From Octopus sinensis (taxonomy: Eukaryota), in contig NC_043004.1 of the NCBI RefSeq assembly GCF_006345805.1, positions 60,078,001 to 60,142,000 on the forward strand: 64,000 bases of DNA, written 5' to 3'. Made by a program: the position numbers and the translations under genes. Below, one piece after another: positions 37,679 through 51,924 of this stretch; within the stretch, counting starts at the first letter, position 1, and every line of letters begins with the position of its first letter. The notes under the pieces were generated by a model. That model saw only the letters and a program-made list of their open reading frames with translations. It did not search any database and was not told the DNA's origin.

Positions 37679-39242
37679 CATGAATATTTATAAATTCTCA
37701 CGTATTTCTGAAAAAAGTTCATGCAACAAAGCCTAGAATCAATGTTTATGAGATCAGAAATATTTTGAACATTGAAAATAATGTTAGCAAAATTTCGAAA
37801 AGCAGAAAAAAAAACAAAGCAAAATAAAAGAAAAAAATAAAAGAAACATATTCTGACATAAGTCACGATAACTTTTCTTATGAATCACCGTGTATTGTTT
37901 TACTGCAGATAAACATCGTACTTTCTTCATATAGACATTGCATTTATTTGCTGAGAGTGTACGTAGGGGTGACATTCACATATTAGTGACAATGATGCCA
38001 ATAGGTTTTCCGTTGGATCTTTGAAATCAACATTTTTCATAAAGACATGATCATGGTGTTTATTCTAGGTTGCGGAATTTGTGGGAAGGGAAAAAACACA
38101 GTGTTTACTGCGATGGATAGAAGCTTGAACATAATGATGATATAAGTAGAAAGAGAGAGGAATAACTTGAGAATGTCTAAGTAAGTGTTGCAGGAGTCTA
38201 ACGATTACATAGAGCATAGTCCAATACAGTAACAGTAGAAGAACGGTAGAGAAAGGAAACAGCATACATGTTTGACAGGTGTGCTGTTTCCTTTGTCGAG
38301 CGCTTCACCCACTATCTGCATGACTCTGTGTAAGCTCATTCACATATAATTTGAAGCATATAAGTAAAAGAATTTCTGCCAAACCATTGTGTATCGGAAT
38401 TGGTTCAAGACGCTTGTGCAGAGTAGCAGTTCTACCAATCTGCACGTTTCCATCTTAAGTGTAACTCTGATAGACATTCATTTCGGAAATACTGAGTGGA
38501 AACTATATGAACAATAAACATAATTCAATGAGAGCAAAACGTTAACGGTCTATTCTTAGCTTTGGCAGCAATATATAAGTTTGTGGGTGTTTAATGTCGA
38601 TGAATACATTACAGTAATTGATTATCGATTATTTTATCAATCTTATAGCCTGAAAGCGCAAATCGACCGCGGAGATTGTTCAACATAGGACTTAAACAAA
38701 GATAACTGAATAGTTTGGAGAAATTTCTGATAACGTTTTACCCATCATAGCAAGTATCAGGAATTATATGGTAACGGACTCTAAGACTCTACAAAGTTAC
38801 GAAAGTCTAAAGGCTGCAAGTAGTACACCTGTTCTTGATATATTGTTGTTGTTGTTCTTTTGCTGCTCTTAAACAATTTTCAACATTGAAAGACCAAATA
38901 TATGATGAAAAGCATTCCAGGCTCTATCGTAACATTTACCTTTTTTTTTAAAGGTGACAACTTCAAAATTATTAATTTCGTGACCTCGTCCGTCGAACTT
39001 AGATGTAATCTAATGTTCGGGAAAGACCGTGTTAAAAAGACAGGTTTACTTATGTGGGTAGGTATATGTCTACATATTAATTATTTAGCGCCGCTTTAAC
39101 TAAACTATTACATAATCAGCACGTATTCTTTCTGCTATACCTCTCATTGACTGACGACCAAGAGATTCGTGTAGTGTCAACTTCTTAGATGTTAATAAAT
39201 ATCAGTTACCGCAAGAGTGCATATGTATGTGTGCAAGTGTGT

Positions 39243-39285
<43 letters not shown>

Positions 39286-40948
39286 TGTGAAACTTCCAGT
39301 GCTAAGTGGATGAAACGGCCTTCATCACAAAGTCGGCTTCTTACAACGATGCTCTTAAGAACGGCATATTCTCAAAGCACTAAATGTAATCTCTCAAGAT
39401 CACACCAAGATTTCAAATCCAAACGAGAAAAGATTCCCCGAAGTCAAAAATGACAAAACTCTTAATTATAATTGTATAGATCCAGTTGTTGTTCCCTTAA
39501 CGGAACCCTAACCCCAACCCTAACCCTAACCCTACTCAATTATTTGAGTAGAGGGCCAAATTGATAACAGTTCTAAATTCAAAACGTATACAGAGGCATA
39601 AGGAATTTTATCTATTCAAACATTTATTGAAATATCTGGAAAACAGACCTCGAACAATTCGATCTCAAATATGTGTTACTCTAGAAAATAAATATCTCGA
39701 TTCGTTTCAAAATGCAATTCTAATGAGATTTATTAAAGGGGAGGGCTCTACCGACATGACTCATTACATCTTTCCCGTGGATGATGCTCTTGTTTTAAAG
39801 TGAGAATTATCATGTTATTTCATGAAAAGTTAGCCTTAAGCAAAAATTTGGAATTATTGAACTACCGTAGACCTTCAAAATTATTTATTTCATGACCCCT
39901 TCCATCGAACGTAGATGTCACTTCTGTTTATCGCAAAAGTACTTTTACCATCAATATTAGTGGAAATACTTTGATCCGTTTCTTGATCTCTCTTCAATCT
40001 AATTACTTCGATCAAACTCACATTGATTCTTATGCGGTCAATACATTGATTTTATATACATTTTTGTGTTTTCTAATATGTTATTATTAGATTTAGGCAT
40101 ATCTCTTTTAGTAAAGACATTTTCGGGTTTCAAATTATTGGTTCCTATTTTCAATTCCTAGAATTCTTCGACCCTTGTAAGACGTGCATGTGTGTGTGAG
40201 TGCATGTGCGTAGAAGAGAGAAAGAAAAACTGAGACAGAGATTGGGGGTGGGAAAGAGGGAGAGCGTGTGTGTGTGTGTGTGTGTGTGTGCGTGTATGTA
40301 TGTGTGTGTGTGTATATATATATGCTTGTGCATGTATGCGTGGCCATTTTTGTGTCCGCCCAAACATTTGTTACGACGTTTTCACATCTCGTTTAGGTTT
40401 CTCTGTCCGTCTTTGCTGAGCATTACTCAACGCAAAACAGCTCTGAAAATTTATTTTATGCCTCACATTTCACATTAAACATCTATATTCGATTTCTGTA
40501 TCGAATGTACGCAATCTCCTCAATCGTACCTATCCTTCTTTCCTATATGCGTATCTGTACCTCTGTTTTATTAAAACTGATGTTGTGTATCAATATATGT
40601 AGTCCGTGCATTAAAGTTTAGGACATCATAACAACCTTTATTCATGTTAAATGAAAGTGCATGGTGAGGGTTTTCTATTCCCAACAGTTATAACTGTACA
40701 GCTGAAGAAATTTTTTAATTAGACATTTGCTTACAATAATGTTTTTTTCCTTCTAAAATCTCTCTTTCAGGGTTCTTGCCACATTGTACATTAATTTGTT
40801 TATATATTTGTGATGTACATTTGTACTTAATTTATCAAAGATCAAATTTATCAATTTACGTATTGAAATCTGTAATTTATCGCCCACTGATGAATCAAAA
40901 GCATTTTAAATCACATACACCTATTCATTTATGTATCCATATATCTAT

Positions 40949-40981
<33 letters not shown>

Positions 40982-41750
40982 TATATATGTAACTATACAG
41001 ATGAACCTGGCTGTAAAGAAGTCTTGTTACAATATGTTTAGTAAACATACATTTTCGCAGCAGGAATTAAGTATATGGTCGCAGAAGACATTTTACATGA
41101 TGTTCAATATACATGCGTTTCTATATAACTACATGCAAATATACGTCTATATGTTGGCATTAGTCAGTGTAAATGCATTAAATACAATACAAAAAGCAAG
41201 ACCAGAGTCTATAACAATAACAAAACGATAAGCAAAAGAAAAAAGTGAATTAGGCGATTTAGAATACGCATGAAGAGTTATCATGTGGTTAAATAACAAA
41301 CATTAAAGCTAACTATAGGAAGAAAGATTACATACTTATGCTCACTACCCATTTCGGTGATAGTATCTGTGATATTTTTTTAAACAAGATAAAACAACAT
41401 TAGATCAAACGGTTAAATATTGCAGAAGCAATCTTTTCAATCAATCAGTGGAATATCCGTTTGATACAAATGTATCTTCCTATAGACATCAAATCGGAAT
41501 GTTGTAAAACAGCGTTAAGTACTAAAGTAAACTAACTGTAATTATATACATGCTCAGCTACACAAGATGCTACAGAAAGCTATGGCTATAAACCAGAAAT
41601 CTAGCGTTGAAACCATCAAGTGAACTAAAGATAAACACCAACGAACTAGTAACGATATGTTTAATTCAATGATCGAGCGTGTAGGATTAACAACGCAACG
41701 AGTTGGCAGAGAGGGTAAAGCGTTGGATAGAATGATTAACACATAAACTG

Positions 41751-41861
41751 GCGAGCTGGCAGAAACGTTAGCACGCCGGGCCTAATGCTTAGCGGTAATT
41801 CCTCTGCCGTTACGCTGTGAGTTCAAATTCCGCTGAGGTTGACTTTGCCTTTCATCCTTTC
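41751..41861 (+). mobile_element. SINE family A, 5' half
   Basis: ggcgagctggcagaaacgttagcacgccggg...gactttgcctttcatcctttc, then truncated. Confidence 0.9.
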
Positions 41862-42558
41862 ACTAAACTGTCACTAAATTAAATAATATACAATTCAGAC
41901 TAAACTTTGATACAAATAACGTCACGATATTTTGTAAACCTCTTATAAATAACACGTGCATTTCGCAACGTCTAAGATTAGCTTTGGTGCCATCAATTAC
42001 GTTAACGCAGACACTTTTTAGACGATTCTATTCAACGCGCTGCACTACATCGAAAAGAAATGCTCCTTCGATATATACAGTTTTCTTGCACATCAGAAAA
42101 GAAATGCACCTTCGATATATGTGCATATCAGAAAATTCCCAGCGGTCTTATTAACACAAGACTCCCTCGTAAAACCCAGCAAAGCTTGTTCTTGAGGTAA
42201 ATTTTTCGCACTATTTTCTCAGTTTTTTTTTACCTATGTCTTTTGTGTAATCATCACGTTGTGTAAGGTCATGGTGAATATGAACGGCATTAATCTAAAA
42301 AAGAAAGCGAAAACAGAACACACTTGAGACAGAACTGACAAATAAAATTCTTCTGACATACGGTCGAATAGAGGTAGGACATTTGATAATTTAGAAAAAT
42401 AAATCAAAGTAGAACCGATTTTAACCGCACAGCACCACTCTAGCATATGTCCTTTGCACCTGTTTTGCGAAATTGCAAAAGACATTAACAAAAAATTGGA
42501 CCTGGATACATCGCATCACATTCTTCAATACACTGTGTTCGTTTTAAGATGTGATATA

Positions 42559-45358
42559 CAGTAATCACTCGACTATCGCGGGTGCCACATTCCATGCCCT
42601 ATTGCGATAGGTGAAAATCTGCGAAGTACAACCAGTACTGTACAGTATATATTTTAAAAATTATTTTTATAATTTGTATATATTTATTTTATTATAAATG
42701 CAAAAAAAACACCACAAAGTAATTTACGTAAGCTTAAATAAACTGAATTTTTATTTAAACAAGTTGGTCTGCTACAGAGAGGGGACGTTGCAGAGACATA
42801 CAAGGGGTTGGGCAACGAATGATTAATAACATGAAGTTAGCCATATAGTTAAACATAAATGACAAATATGAAAACCGAGGGAATTAAAGCAAAATGCAGT
42901 GAGGGACGTGGCCAACCCCACAAACCAGATACCAACACTGAAACATGGGTTTCTTCCTTTTGTTATCACTCAAGTATGTTCATTTCCTCTCAGCATGCCC
43001 GTAACAACCTTCCATCCTTACTCAAATGCCCTTTCCGACAAGCATCTCCTCTCCAGTCTTATTTTCCTTTCAGATGGAAAAATGAAAAAGTTAACCAAAC
43101 CAAAGCTGGAGATGAAGATGCCCGTCACAATCCCTTTCACTCGCGTTCTCCATAGCCACTACACAGAGAAAACAAGCCTGCTCTTCCCTGTTCAGAGTAG
43201 TGGGTGGTACAGTCTTAATTATAGACTCAGGGGACAGTTATGCACTTATCAGACGTGACAGCAGTTGCTCGACTTACATCCATAGTTCCGAAATCTTCGG
43301 AAACTGCACAATTGCGTGCAGAAGTTTCACTGTTCTGGACGCATCTGTTGGCGTTGGTGGATTACCATGCTTGTAGAGTTTATCCCAAATAGGTATGGTT
43401 CCTTGGTAACATTGCCATGCCAGGGACCTCTGGTAATTATCCACAGGACCTGGCCCAAACGTTTTCCCGTACAGGCCTGCATGTTGAACATCATCGAAGC
43501 CAATGGTTTCTCTTAGCGCGTCGTTACACTTCAAGTCTACGAACCCTCTATAAAATGATGAGGAGTAACTCCCGACGCCGGTGCTACCCGCCTGGGAGAG
43601 GAGCAAGAGAGCCTGGCAGCACTCTCCTTGCCAAGCACCCAACTTCGGTCTACGTTTAATCCATTGGTTCACTTCACCAAAAGAGGTGAACCGCGGAAGC
43701 AACACTCTGACGAAGGAAGACCACCCCTGCTCACCGTCCAGGTAGAGCCAAAGATGCCTCAGCTTCAGCACATTCCTGCGCATTTTTAGTCATGGCATCC
43801 TCAGCTCACTCTTCAGCGGTTGTTGGCAGCAAATAGAGCGCCTTAGAAGAGGTTCCCTGCTCCTCCACAAAAAAGCGGGAGAGCATGCGTTCCAACTTGT
43901 GCAGCAACGGATCTGGACAAGGCTCGACGTGCGATAAACACACCTGCAACCTCCACCCTCCGTTTCAGGGATAGCTTCCGCTCAGACTAGGTCTGACTTA
44001 GGAGAGCCACCCTGCTCGCCACCTCGCTCCGAGTCATCTCTATCTGGAGGTCCTGACCAAACCAGACTCCTAGCATTTTAACTGGTCCGTCCAACATCCC
44101 ACAACGCTGCTGGTCAGCATCGACTTGCCTCTCCAGGTGCCGAGTTGCAAGCCGACCGACTTGTCCCGGTTAATGTTTGCTCCTGCCACCGCTTCATAAT
44201 CCCTTATGGACTTACCAACCCACTGTAGGTGTTCGACCCGGGATACGGTGACTGTGATGTTCGTATACGCCGAAACTGAATTTCCACACCATAATTCTCG
44301 CGGGATACTTCTCATAGCTTCCAAAATCCGCAGTAATGGCTCGAGGGCCAAACATACAGAAATGGAGAGAAAAGACACGCCTGACGTACCGAACGCTCAA
44401 TGGAGAATGGTTCCGAAAAAAAAACGTTCATCTTAACAATAGAATCGATGTTGCTATACACAGTAGTGATCCATGCCTGCCTCTGCCATTACTGTTGGTG
44501 GTATTTTGTGACTTGAAGGATGGTAATTTTATCCTCCAAACCAAGGACGATAGTTGATACAAGCCAGGCAACATCCACTTCTGTTGGTTTTCGCCCACTT
44601 TCACCTTGGAAGTACGTCTTCCAAGGTACATCGGTAGGAGAACGAGGCCTACTGTTGCCTTGCATTCACCTCTGTTTGAAACCGGTCTTCAACAGTGGCG
44701 AATGTTTTGCCTCTCGCCACATACGTTGTCTCCTGCTAGGTAGGTCTGGGATATTTCTCTATTGCTTCCTTAGAAGACATGTCTATTTTTTTGTTTTCAC
44801 TGAAAATATCTTATAATTTTATTCTCCTTGTTTTTGTAACTTTACATCCTTCTCCTTTTGTAGGAGGCATTTGTATCTATCCAGTTCGTTGATATTCATG
44901 TTCACAGTTTCGCCATTAATTGTAGCTACTGCTGCGAAATGTACATTATTTTTCCTCTGGTAGTCCTGTATTCATTTGTATATTATCGTTTTATTTGGTG
45001 TTCGGTAACTCCGGAAATATATCGTCCAGTATTTATGCAAGTTTGCTTTGGTGGGCGTTTACTGAACTAACGTTGATCTTTTGTATTTTCAAACATAAAC
45101 AAAATTAAAATGTTCACCCCTGTGAAAAGGGGAAATTCTCGAAAAACATGTCTACTTGTAACAGAAGGTGTGCAGTAACAGCACCAAAACGGTAACAAAT
45201 ATTAATTCAACAAGAGAAATGTAACAATACCTCTAGCTCTCTCACGATGTACGACTGCACTCTCCAGTAAAATAAAACCATAAAAGGTTTTAACTTAAAT
45301 AATAAACCGCGATAGGTGTGCCACGATAAGTGAATCGCGATATGGCAAGGGATTACTG
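42559..45358. mobile_element. pogo/Tigger-like non-autonomous DNA element interrupted by a LINE
   Basis: Left end TA|CAGTAATCACTCGACTATCGCG; right end cgcgatatggcaagggattactg|TA. Imperfect TIRs starting CAGT with TA on both sides. Confidence 0.65.
42770..44800 (-). mobile_element. Tx1/L1-clade retrotransposon, defective and probably internally deleted
   Basis: WITTVYSNIDSIVKMN..SEPFSIERSVRQ, ALEPLLR, SAY(T)NITV (decayed YADD), YEAVAGANINRDKSVGLQLGTWRGK, C-terminal RCV..HAIVQ(F)P knuckle; 44490-44800 is possibly an ORF1 remnant. Confidence 0.9.
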
Positions 45359-45769
45359 TATATAATAAAATAACGCATGAACGCTATATCGCGATATTTT
45401 TTCTCGAGAAAATTACGCCTGGTTTATATTATAGTTGATCTGAGCTATCACATCTGATGACAATGTAGACAGTTCATTTATACCACAAGCTTCAGGGTGT
45501 TTGTATTTCGTCATCATACAGTTTCACAAATAAAATTAAAGATACAGCAACGTCTTTTGGTAAATCCCCATTAGTTAACATCACCAAATCTTTAGATCAG
45601 AAACAGAAAAGGAGAGAACATGAGTAACTATGGAATCTGAATAAAACCACTGGTCAAATACGTAAGATTTACAGCTTGATGTTTTCACCCTTTTTCTCTT
45701 CCCATCTGTTAATATATATCTATATTTCGTAATTTGTATCTACATTAAGACAGCTGTCTCATGGAATCT

Positions 45770-45940
45770 TTTGCACATTACGTTCTGAAATCAAATTTTG
45801 CAGAGGTTGACTTTGCCTTTCATCATTTCGGGATCGATATAACAAATAGTAGTTGATTACTGCGGTTGATGTAATCGACTTACTCCTTCCATCGAAATTG
45901 CTGATCTTGTACCGAAGCTTGAAACCAACATTATATATCA
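45770..45940 (+). mobile_element. SINE family A, diverged
   Basis: acgttctgaaatcaaattttgcagaggttgactttgcctttcatcatttcggg. Confidence 0.75.
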
Positions 45941-46264
45941 ACATCCACATTTATATTTATATCTACATTTAATGTTCACTTCTGCCCTTGTACAGTAGCA
46001 GTGCCAAAAGCTCGATGATGAAGCTCCGAGAAGAGTAGTTACGGTGCTGGCGGCAAAAATAACAACAGAAACAGCAAGAAAATTCGCTTCCATTTGTTTT
46101 AAATGTGCACCTCTGGGCTCTTCTCGCAAATTTCATGACAACTACAGACATTTCTTTATCTCATATCTCCTCATTAAGTACATCGTTTGGTCTTGCAGTA
46201 AATTCAATATCATTATCATCATAACTATCATCAGCATCTTTGTCGTCGTCGTCATAATCGTTAC

Positions 46265-46397
46265 TCATCATCATCATCATCATCATCATCTTCTTCTTCT
46301 TCTTCTTCTTCTTCTTCTTCTTCTTCTTCTTCTTCTTCTTCTTCTTCTTCTTCTTCTTCTCTTCTTCTTCTTCTTCTTCTTCTTCTTCTTCTTCTTT
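46265..46397. repeat. (CAT)n(CTT)n microsatellite
   Basis: Directly visible. Confidence 0.96.
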
Positions 46398-46824
46398 TCT
46401 CTCTTCATCCTCAACTACAAATTCTGTAACCTATTTTGTCAATCCATCTTTGCTGTTCTGGCACATCTTAGTAAAATTGTATTCCAAGTTGTGACGACAG
46501 ATCGTACGCAGGCTCCATTCTCTTTTACATTTATCTGGACAAAAAACAATACAGAATTCCACTTAATTTGGCTCAAAGTTTTCATCCGTCATTTCTACAA
46601 ATACATTGGTCCCTTTAGCGATCTTCGAACTTCTCAATCATATCATTTGCTGCAAGGATGATATATGTTTCGCTTCATCTCACTTAGAAATCATCGTCTT
46701 TGGTGCTTTCGGTGTTCACATCTATTCATAGTCATCAAAATCATACAGTGATGAGGGCATCGATGTAGAAACCGAATCTTTTGCGATATTCTCTTTCGAA
46801 AATATTTGGCGATGTGTCAGAGTC

Positions 46825-47030
46825 TTTAGCATGCCGGAAAAAATGTTTATCAACACTTCGTCCGTCTTTACGCTCAGAGTTCAACTTCCACCCAAGCCAA
46901 CAATGTCTTTCATCCGTTCGGGGTCGATACAATAATTAAGATGTGATCTCGGGGGTCGATGTAGTAGACTTAACCTCACCCTACCCCCGAAATTGCTGGC
47001 CTCATGCCAAAATTTCAGCCGATATTCAGC
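46825..47030 (+). mobile_element. SINE family A, diverged
   Basis: agcatgccgg...cagagttcaacttcc...tttcatccgttcggggtcgat. Confidence 0.7.
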
Positions 47031-47580
47031 ATTGAATATATTTATACTGAGCTACGGCCACTGCAACAAAGCCAAACACTCTATTTGAAGAATTACCGTC
47101 TCAGGTCGATCAAGTGTTGGTTGGGAGATGAGAAATTATATCCCGATCCATTAATTTCTAATTATCTGAGAAAACGTTTGTATTGTATTCGTAACTAATA
47201 TTCATAATTCGGGAAGCGATGCTCCAAGAAACATTTCATTTAATGATGAACTTCATCTGAGAATATTTCCTTAACCTCTACTCACAACTTTGAGGGTATG
47301 ACCTCGGTTGTCTTCTAATAAAGTCGCCTAACAGATGCAAGCCAAAACATAGGAACAGTATTTTCGACATCAATTCATCGCCACTTTTTGGAATGCAATT
47401 TTATGAGCATGTCCGTGGTGTAATATGAACAACTACAGGGCAGACTGTTGAGGTTTTTCGGTATTGGTTTGCTTTTGCCCTCATTGTTTTCATTAGTGTA
47501 ATCACTATTAATTTCATCCTAGTCAGCGTCAAGTCATAGTAATCGTCCGCTCAACGAAATCTTATTTCTCCACACGTTCA

Positions 47581-47614
<34 letters not shown>

Positions 47615-48214
47615 TGTCGGCGGCCTCGTTATCCTTATCGTCACCTTCAGCATCAAGCTCACCCTCGTCATTCTAGTAATGGTCACCCTCGTTCTTTCCT
47701 ACACTCCCATCTCCTACTCATCATCATCTCCATCACCATCATCGTCATCATCGACTACTTTGCGATCGTATGTCCTCCACCTACTCCTCTCCATCTTCAT
47801 CGTCGTTATAGTCGCCTCCGTGGCTACCGCTGCTGAAATCATCATTAACTTCTACTTCATCCTACTCCTACACCTTCTCGGTTACCTCTCCCTGATTATC
47901 ACCATCATCTTCATCATTCACTATTTATATTCCAATCTAATTTGGCAATAATTCGATTTTTCTCTTCAGTAATTAATACACTGAATTTCAATAATTCCTG
48001 CTAAGGAGTCACTTGTCAGTTTATAACACAAATGTCATCAAACAGACGGCCATATTTTCTGGAATTCAAATATTAATTCTAGCTCTGCCAATTCTTTTCT
48101 CCTTCGTTTAATCTTATTCTTTTATATAATTTTCGATTTTTATTTTGTACTTCACATTTACAACTCAGCCATTCTTCAATTCTTTTTGACCGTCTGTTTT
48201 TTTTTTTGTTTTGT

Positions 48215-48454
48215 TACACGTTTCTTCTTCTTCTTCTTTTCATCATCCTCCCCTCCTCCTCCTTCTTCTTCTTCTCATCCTCCTCCTCTTCCTCCTTCTT
48301 CTTCTTCTCATCCTCCTCCTTCTCCTCCTTCTTTTTCTTCTCCACCTCCTCCTCATTAACGTAATCATCCATCATCATCATCATGATCATCATCATCATC
48401 ATTATTATTATTAGTAGTAGTAGTAGTAGTTGTGGTAGTAGTGGTAGTGGTAGT

Positions 48455-48525
<71 letters not shown>
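48215..48525. repeat. Compound (CTT/CCT)n-(CAT)n-(TAG/CAG)n microsatellite
   Basis: Directly visible. Confidence 0.95.
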
Positions 48526-49079
48526 GAATAGTTTTATACTGCTAATACGAATATTAGTGGAGAAATGTGGTTATTGATATTCTTATCATTGTTATGAACC
48601 TCATCAGCATTATCATTATTATTATTACTATTATCATTATCGCCACTACTACTACTACCACAACTACTTCTTGATTTCTTCCTTCTTTTCCTCATTTCTT
48701 GATGAAATTGGCATTAATTTCAAATGTAATTAAAGTTATCGACCTAATAAATCGTCGACAATGTTTCATACAAGTGTGTACCCAGCAAGCCACGCGCATT
48801 CGTCAATCAGGACTTTTAATACACATTGACTTAGTTCAGGTGAGTGTTCATACGTAGTATCACCTGATATTGTAAATTAAAGGTGCAAACACTAATTAAT
48901 GTATTGAGAGAAGAGAAAGGTTAGCAAATAACATTTAATTATTGTCCTCTTTTAATTCCATACCTGTTGACTAATATCTAATTACTTTTATACTGATATG
49001 ATGATCCGATATGCATGATTAATTTACACAAGAAGAAATATGGGTGATTACGGGCATGATTGTTGTATGTTACGTATAT

Positions 49080-49480
49080 GGGCGCAGGAGTGGCTGTGTG
49101 GTAAGTAGCTTGCTTACCAGCCACATGGTTCCGGATTCAGTCCCACTGCGTGGCACCTTGGGCAAGTGTCTTCTACTATAGCATCGGGCCGACCAAAGCC
49201 TTGTGAGTGGATTTGGTAGACAGAAACTGAAAGAAGCCCGTTGTATATATGTATATATATATATATATGTTTGTGTGTGTTTGTCCCCCTAGCATTGCTT
49301 GACAACCGATGCTGGTGTGTTTATGTCCCCGTTACTTAGCGGTTCGGCAAAAGAGACCGATAGAATAAGTACTGGGCTTACAAAACAATAAGTCCCGGGG
49401 TCGAGTTGCTCGATTAAAGGTGGTGCTCCAGTATGGCCGCAGTCAAATGACTGAAAGAAGTAAAAGAGTAAAGAGAGTAT
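49080..49480 (+). mobile_element. SINE family B, full length
   Basis: tRNA-like head ggcgcaggagtggctgtgtggtaag...ggattcagtccc, central (TA)/(TG) tract, tail gtaaaagagtaaagagag. Confidence 0.93.
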
Positions 49481-50097
49481 ATCTATTTAGCATGTGACAG
49501 CTCTGTATTCTGAAATATTTGGGAATATAACAATATAATATAACGCATGCAGGGTTGTGTGGTTAGAGAGTTCGTTCACTTAACCGGACAACTTGCAGGT
49601 CATTTCAAATGATGAATAGTATGCTTCGGAGCATTTGTTTCAACTATTTCTGCTCTACGATTTTACATTCGCGGGAGTCAAATTTGGTTTTAAATTTTCG
49701 GGCGCTGATAAAATTCTTCCAATCTGTCACACCGGATTCGCAGGAATGTAATATCTTGCGACTGAATACCGGATCTTTTATCTTTTACTTCTTTTGTACA
49801 TTAAACTGCAGCCATACTGGGTCACGGCCTTGAGGAATATTATAACAATTAATTGCCCACTCTCCAAATTGTACATACATTTTTCTAAAACATAATAGTC
49901 ATTTTATCGACATGTTTCACTGAACAGCCGCTTTGATTTAGGAGGACATAAACACACCAACACCGGCTGTTCAGCGGTGAAGGAGAAAATACATACAATC
50001 AGAGCACACACATACACACATACACATGTGAATTTCCCTGTCTAGAACTTTCATACATGCCCAACTTGTCTCTGATGACAGAATACCAAGTCTTAAG

Positions 50098-50328
50098 GCG
50101 GCGAGCTGGCAGAAACGTTAGCACGCCGTGCGAAATGCTTAGTGGTATTTCGTCTGCCGCTGCGTTCTGAGTTCAAATTCCGCCGAGGTCAACTTTGCCT
50201 TTCATCCTTTCGGGGGTGGAAAATTAAGTACCAGTTACGCACTGGGGTCGATATGATTGACTTAATCCCTTTGCCTGTCCTTGTTTGTCCCCTCTATCTT
50301 TAGCCCCTTGTGGGCAATAAAGAAATAA
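50098..50328 (+). mobile_element. SINE family A, full length
   Basis: Near-identical in layout to the 23242-23479 copy, in opposite orientation. Confidence 0.93.
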
Positions 50329-50674
50329 GATTACCCAGTGTACGGACATGCGAGCCTATCACTTGGGACATCCCAGAGACAGCTGTACGACTTCAAATTT
50401 ACACTAATCAAATTATTATATATGACTTGAAATACTCATCCAGACTTGATTTTTGTTGTCCTCCCCCACCCCCAATATAATACATGCCTGCTAACACAGA
50501 AGCTTAACACAGATCCCTATTTCTAGCCTCACCTGTGAACTAAACTCTCGATATACTCGGTTTATATATATATGCATGTATTTATATATACAAATATATG
50601 TGAGTGGTGTATTAGTTTATACACCCCCCCCACACACACACATATATATATATATATAGTCCACAATGTTTAGT

Positions 50675-50990
50675 CGCATTGCTCAGTGGTTAGAGCGACA
50701 AGGTTACGATCGTGAGGTTGTGAGTTCGAATTCCGGACCGGGCTGCTTGTTGAGTTCTTGAGCAAGACACTTTATTTCACATTGCTCTAGTTCATTCAGC
50801 TGTAGAAATGAGTTGCAACGTCACAGGTACTAAGCTGTGTCAGCCTTTGCCTTTCTCTTGGATAACACTGGTGGCACGGAGAGAGGAGGCCAGTATGCAT
50901 GGGCGACTGCTGCTCTTTCATAAACAATCTTGCCCGGACTTGTGCCTGGGAGGTTAACTTTCGAGGTGCAATACAATATTCAGTCATGAT
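50675..50990 (+). mobile_element. tRNA-derived SINE family D
   Basis: Head ctcagtggttagagcg...gagttcgaattcc; 3' body homologous to 56740-56890 and to the inverse of 57145-57385. Confidence 0.85.
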
Positions 50991-51892
50991 CATATGTGTG
51001 CTTGTGTCTGTTTATATGTGTGGGCACTGGTTTAGGGGTTCCAGTGTTTTGATGAGCACGGAAGCACCTCTTACCTATTGATGCTCGCACATCTACCCTG
51101 GCAGTTGTAAAACTACCTTCCGGCGTGCCACCTTTTGTTTAAATAGAATGCCACTGGTGTGAGGGAACCTCTAGCTGTTGTCACAGCCACTTCCTTCGTA
51201 AGGGACGCAGAAATATAAACTTCGAGTTTCATGCGATTACTGGTCGTCTGTCGTCAGTACTGTTCCTGGAGACACAGGTAGTGGTACTTGTGTTTGTACA
51301 AGCGTTTATGATTATAATTCAATCACATACAATTGTATGATGATAACATTCGTCTACCCAATGTCGTATAGTGATGAAAAAGTGGCTTCGTATTGTCTTC
51401 TGAGAGGGCAGTGAAGTAAAGTCAGATATACCATTGTGAACGAAGAAGTCAAGAGAGACGGCAATCATATAAGAAGGAGCAGTCCATTTATATACGTATG
51501 CGTCTACGTTAATTTATCCTCCGGTTGTAGACCAGTAAAATGTTTCATATTGCGCCTCATGTGGCACATATAATAAACGAAGACTTAGAATTTTAAAACA
51601 GTACTGAGATTTTTGTGGCAATCATCACTCACACTTCAGAAATATTTCAAAAGACTTATTTGAACTATTATATACATCGATGTGTAGATGTACCAAGGTG
51701 TACACAGAGACATATCAACTTACACATAACATTGTGCATACGTGAAAGTATTTATGAGGATATGCGTATGGAAGTGTGTGTGTTTGTGGGTGTGTGCGTG
51801 TCTGTATGTGAGTATGTCTTTGTGTGTGTGTACGCGTGTCTGTACGTGTGTGTGTGTATGTGTTTTGTGTGTGTCTGTGTGTGTTCGTAAGT

Positions 51893-51924
<32 letters not shown>

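Noticed and set aside
44670-44700. GAAACCGGTC motif
   Set aside because: No hammerhead core; it is a small hairpin inside the Tx1 element.
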